DNA from: an uncultured Gammaproteobacteria bacterium
Lineage (GTDB): Bacteria; Patescibacteriota; Patescibacteriia; UBA11705
Assembly: GCA_964592195.1 (NCBI GenBank)
Contig: CAZQEI010000003.1
Span: forward strand, 20,174 to 84,173
DNA: 64,000 nucleotides
Direction of reading: 5' to 3'
Shown: piece by piece, positions 60,836-64,000 of the stretch
Position numbering within the stretch: position 1 is the stretch's first letter
How the letters are laid out: the number at the start of each line of letters is the position of its first letter
Position numbers and translations under genes: made by a program
Notes under the pieces: model-generated
Databases searched by the model: none
Told to the model about the DNA's origin: nothing
The model's input: the letters and a program-made list of their open reading frames with translations, nothing else

Positions 60836-60872
60836 CCTGCCTGCCGGCAGGCAGGGATCAGCCTCCGGCTGA
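60836..60872. repeat. composite GC palindrome CCTGCCTGCCGGCAGGCAGG + GATCAGCCTCCGGCTGA
   Basis: only >10-nt spacer inside the family-B array; same modules at 29586-29612, 25352-25398, 3737-3768. Confidence 0.7.
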
Positions 60873-62351
60873 AAATGTGCCGAAATATCCGTTTCTTTTA
60901 CCCAACATTAAATATTTCCCATCTTGAAAAACCACACTTTTTATATCATCGCAAAAATACTGAGTTCTCACACCATCCACATACAAATAGCAATCTTTTT
61001 CACCATTCAAAGTCTCACCCCAGATTACGTGGTTATTTAGCGTTAAGAAAAAAGAAACTTCCCCATCCGGCAATAACCGAGGTTCATTATCCACCCACAA
61101 AGTATTTTTCGATTCATTATTGGTTAAATAAAATATTTGACCGGTAGCACCTAAAACAGTAATTGGATTATCCACAGAATAAATACACTCATCCCCAATA
61201 AAATTTCTAGCTGCCATCCGAGACTTCCCTCCAATGCTGACTTTAGCTGTATCCCTATCAGGACCAAACCAATCTTGTTGAACCACCACTAATTTACCCG
61301 CCACGACATCAAAGTAATCAATGCTTGACTCGCTACATTCAAAATCCAACTTGGAAATATTACTACCATCATAACAATATATCATTGGCTGATCACCACG
61401 ACCATCAGCGCCAGCTCCTGCCCAAATATAAATTTTGTCACCATACACAACCGTCTTTCTAATTTCAGTTATTTTTGGTAACTGTAACGCGATATTATCA
61501 CTCAAAACTTTCTCAGATCGCATGTTAACCAAAGCAATCCCAGTGGCATTATTATCTGGGTTAAAAAAACTACGACAAACCACGGGTTGACTTTGATAAT
61601 AAAAGGGTAAACCAAATTTATAATATTTAACATCAGCCGTCACTTGAGAGTTTCCTAATCGCGCCACCCACAATTCTCCCCAGACACCATGATAAGCCAG
61701 GACTCCATCCACCAACTTGGCTTCTTTCACCATATCAACCGTACTTGAAGCTAGTTGCCCATCCAACTCCAAGACTTCCCCCGCATAGCCACCACCATTT
61801 GGTTGAACATCATTTTTAAAGACATATTTTATTACGCCATTTTCATCTTTTAAAAAATCCAAGAATCGATATCTTTCATCTGATTTTACCTCAGGTAATA
61901 TTTTATCACCGTTTTCATCAATCAAATAGCTACCACTTTTCCCACCAGCGACCACGCTATAACACACATGAAAATCATGCAAACCTACTGTTTCAAACGG
62001 TAATATACTATTTTCTTTGTTCAGTCTTTTTCCCTCAGCATCTAATAAAACATAGGATTTATCCACAAAACTTCTCCCAGAGATGAATAATTTACCCGCA
62101 ACAACCTTGGCTTTATTAAAAACAAAACCATCACTTTCAATTATATTTTTCATGGCTGGTCCTTGGGGAATTAAATAGTCCAATTTGGAAACCTCGTCCA
62201 ACAATTTTTTCACATATGCCGGATTATTTCGCCCTTTACCCTTATTTTCCGCCACTATTTCACGTAAACGCTCAGAAGTATCAACAAAACTTCCAGGTTC
62301 TTTTTCATCCTTCTTATCAAACGTTAAATTAAATTTTACACCTTCTCCCAT
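60858..62351 (-). CDS. family-B paralog 9 (divergent N-module)
   Basis: MGEGVKFNLTFDKKDEK...TSERLREIVAENKGKG; C-terminus LYVDGVRTQYFCDDIKSVVFQDGKY. Confidence 0.75.
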   Translation of the reverse strand: MGEGVKFNLTFDKKDEKEPGSFVDTSERLREIVAENKGKGRNNPAYVKKLLDEVSKLDYLIPQGPAMKNIIESDGFVFNKAKVVAGKLFISGRSFVDKSYVLLDAEGKRLNKENSILPFETVGLHDFHVCYSVVAGGKSGSYLIDENGDKILPEVKSDERYRFLDFLKDENGVIKYVFKNDVQPNGGGYAGEVLELDGQLASSTVDMVKEAKLVDGVLAYHGVWGELWVARLGNSQVTADVKYYKFGLPFYYQSQPVVCRSFFNPDNNATGIALVNMRSEKVLSDNIALQLPKITEIRKTVVYGDKIYIWAGAGADGRGDQPMIYCYDGSNISKLDFECSESSIDYFDVVAGKLVVVQQDWFGPDRDTAKVSIGGKSRMAARNFIGDECIYSVDNPITVLGATGQIFYLTNNESKNTLWVDNEPRLLPDGEVSFFLTLNNHVIWGETLNGEKDCYLYVDGVRTQYFCDDIKSVVFQDGKYLMLGKRNGYFGTFSAGG

Positions 62352-62356
62352 ATTAT

Positions 62357-63976
62357 TTATATTTTAATCTCACGCACGACCATATCCGTGCCATTTACTG
62401 CCACCACAAAATATTTACCTTCGTGAAAGACCACTTTGAGGATTTTATCATACACATATATAGATGGCGTTCCGTCTATCACCAAACGCGACTCTTCCTT
62501 TCTAAATTTGCCACTTCCCACTACTTTGTAATGATTCCAAAACAACACATCATTGGCAATATCAAACATCGTTATCTGTCCATTAAGCACTACATCACCT
62601 AACAAAATCGGGTCATCATCAACCATCAACCATACATTCCCCATATCAATACCAATATGAAATATTTGCCCCACCGACCCAAGCACTTCCTTGGGTTTAT
62701 CGGTGGCAAGAACTTTTGCTCCAATAATTTTATCAGACTGAAGTTCTGTCTTCCCGTCAATTTGGACACCATATCTGGGAGGTAAACCGCCATCCCGAGA
62801 ATACCGAATAAAATAGACCATCTCTCCGGCAATTTTTTGAATATCGGAAACCTCAGTCTTCTCATCTTTTAACATCAAATGATGACTTTTTTGGCCTTCG
62901 ATTATCAATACCATTTTTTGTCCATCTCTGGTCACATGTACATATACCTTATCATCCACTACTTCATATTTATGAATTTCCGTAATGGAAGATTTCTCAC
63001 TGTCATTGTCATGCAATACTTCACTGGTTTCAATATCTATTACTTGGGTATTCCCCATGTCAAAACTTTGATCAAAACCGGTTCTAATAAAACATTTTCT
63101 GCCGTTCCACAAAAAGACGCCACTGAAAACCAGTTGATCTAATTTATTCAATTCATCGGATGATGAATATTTGTGCGAACCGCAAACTACCTGTATATTT
63201 CCAGCCGTATCTTCCGATAGATAACTAAGTTGACCATCAACTATACGTGAAAAGGTGATATGCTGGTTACTATCAGTTACTGGGTTACCGTCAGGAGTAA
63301 ATAACTGACCATAATCTTTTCCGCCTTCAGAAACTAACGAGGTCCCGCAACAAACCAAATTTCTTTTATCATCGAGAACTTTCAATAGCACTTTAAAGTC
63401 ATCATTACTATTTGGCAATCCGACGTCTTTACCTTTTTCATTTACAAACAGACTAGCAACACCATCGTGTTTATCGACATAACCAAACTGAAAAATTAAT
63501 TGATTTTTATAATAAAATGGTCGCCTGCCAAATCCGAAGCCAACACTATGGCATGGATATTTATTAATACTCTCACCGGAAATGTTTTTTAGAGTATGTT
63601 CGTTCATGCCTGTATCACGCAAATCAAAAAACAGTTTTCCATCCATAAATTCAACGCAAGATTCATTGATACCACTGACCTCATAATCTGAAATATCAAA
63701 AGTTGAGTCTCGAATTATATTATCCTCTGCCCCAGATTCCAAACATTCAGCGGTTCGATTGACCAATAACAAAGCCAGACTAACATCTTCAGGCGTAAAT
63801 CTACCCTTGGATTTTATTTGCAGTGATAGCTCATGCAATTGCTCGAAGTTGTCAACTAAACTTCGTCCGGTTTCACGATCGCCTGCCATTAACTTTCCAG
63901 AGGCACTATTAAAACTACCGGCAGATTTTTGATCCTCGTTTCCTGATGCTAAATTAAACTGACCGCCTTCTCCCAT
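62357..63976 (-). CDS. family-B paralog 10 (most divergent N-terminus)
   Basis: MGEGGQFNL...; C-terminus LVIDGTPSIYVYDKILKVVFHEGKYFVVAVNGTDMVVREIKI. Confidence 0.75.
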   Translation of the reverse strand: MGEGGQFNLASGNEDQKSAGSFNSASGKLMAGDRETGRSLVDNFEQLHELSLQIKSKGRFTPEDVSLALLLVNRTAECLESGAEDNIIRDSTFDISDYEVSGINESCVEFMDGKLFFDLRDTGMNEHTLKNISGESINKYPCHSVGFGFGRRPFYYKNQLIFQFGYVDKHDGVASLFVNEKGKDVGLPNSNDDFKVLLKVLDDKRNLVCCGTSLVSEGGKDYGQLFTPDGNPVTDSNQHITFSRIVDGQLSYLSEDTAGNIQVVCGSHKYSSSDELNKLDQLVFSGVFLWNGRKCFIRTGFDQSFDMGNTQVIDIETSEVLHDNDSEKSSITEIHKYEVVDDKVYVHVTRDGQKMVLIIEGQKSHHLMLKDEKTEVSDIQKIAGEMVYFIRYSRDGGLPPRYGVQIDGKTELQSDKIIGAKVLATDKPKEVLGSVGQIFHIGIDMGNVWLMVDDDPILLGDVVLNGQITMFDIANDVLFWNHYKVVGSGKFRKEESRLVIDGTPSIYVYDKILKVVFHEGKYFVVAVNGTDMVVREIKI

Positions 63977-64000
63977 ATTTATTAAACTTTAATTTCCTTC

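Noticed and set aside
48261-63976. Regular ~1.57-kb periodicity, superficially CRISPR-like
   Set aside because: Units are full-length protein-coding paralogs, not 25-40-bp direct repeats with spacers. No cas genes. No CRISPR array can be supported anywhere in the window.

Overview
The window is a low-GC (~35%) compact bacterial locus with mostly short intergenic spacers and a dense set of dispersed intergenic repeats, and nearly all genes lie on the minus strand. This is consistent with a small-genome bacterium, possibly Patescibacteria/CPR-like, though that is inference only.

Recognisable housekeeping genes:
- Cell envelope and central metabolism: MurJ, acetate kinase with a PduL-type phosphotransacylase, a PfkB kinase, MreB.
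- Translation and replication: glycyl-tRNA synthetase, ribosome recycling factor, DNA pol III delta', Dus.
- A large heat-shock supercluster: hrcA (with a CIRCE operator), grpE, hsp20, dnaK, dnaJ.
- A cell-surface glycan module (three GT4 glycosyltransferases plus an O-antigen-ligase/OTase-like membrane protein) and surface proteins (BNR lipoprotein, FG-GAP protein).

Main finding: 14 paralogous genes in two tightly packed tandem arrays, four genes at 37.9-41.8 kb and ten genes at 48.3-64.0 kb, the second probably continuing past the window edge.
- All share a ~50-residue N-terminal module: M[GP]E..LTL[DP] ... YAExSxRLxE[IL]V ... Pro/Ser/Ala linker ... helix.
- The protein bodies are otherwise divergent.
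- The 5' ~130-150 nt are conserved at nucleotide level.
- Gene junctions are stop-NN-ATG.
- No member has a signal peptide.
- The 4-gene array sits between an O-antigen-ligase-like gene and a glycosyltransferase; the 10-gene array runs into a DUF1294 membrane protein.

Other notable items:
- Two sharply bounded high-GC (~62-65%) single-gene islands. One encodes a Myxococcus-type cysteine-rich-repeat lipoprotein. The other is a GC-rich homolog placed right next to its AT-rich paralog.
- A RAYT (IS200-like) transposase with REP hairpins, one of them in-frame inside the ORF.
- Several families of dispersed intergenic repeats.
- Structured non-coding regions near the heat-shock genes.

No rRNA, tRNA or CRISPR array could be supported from the sequence.
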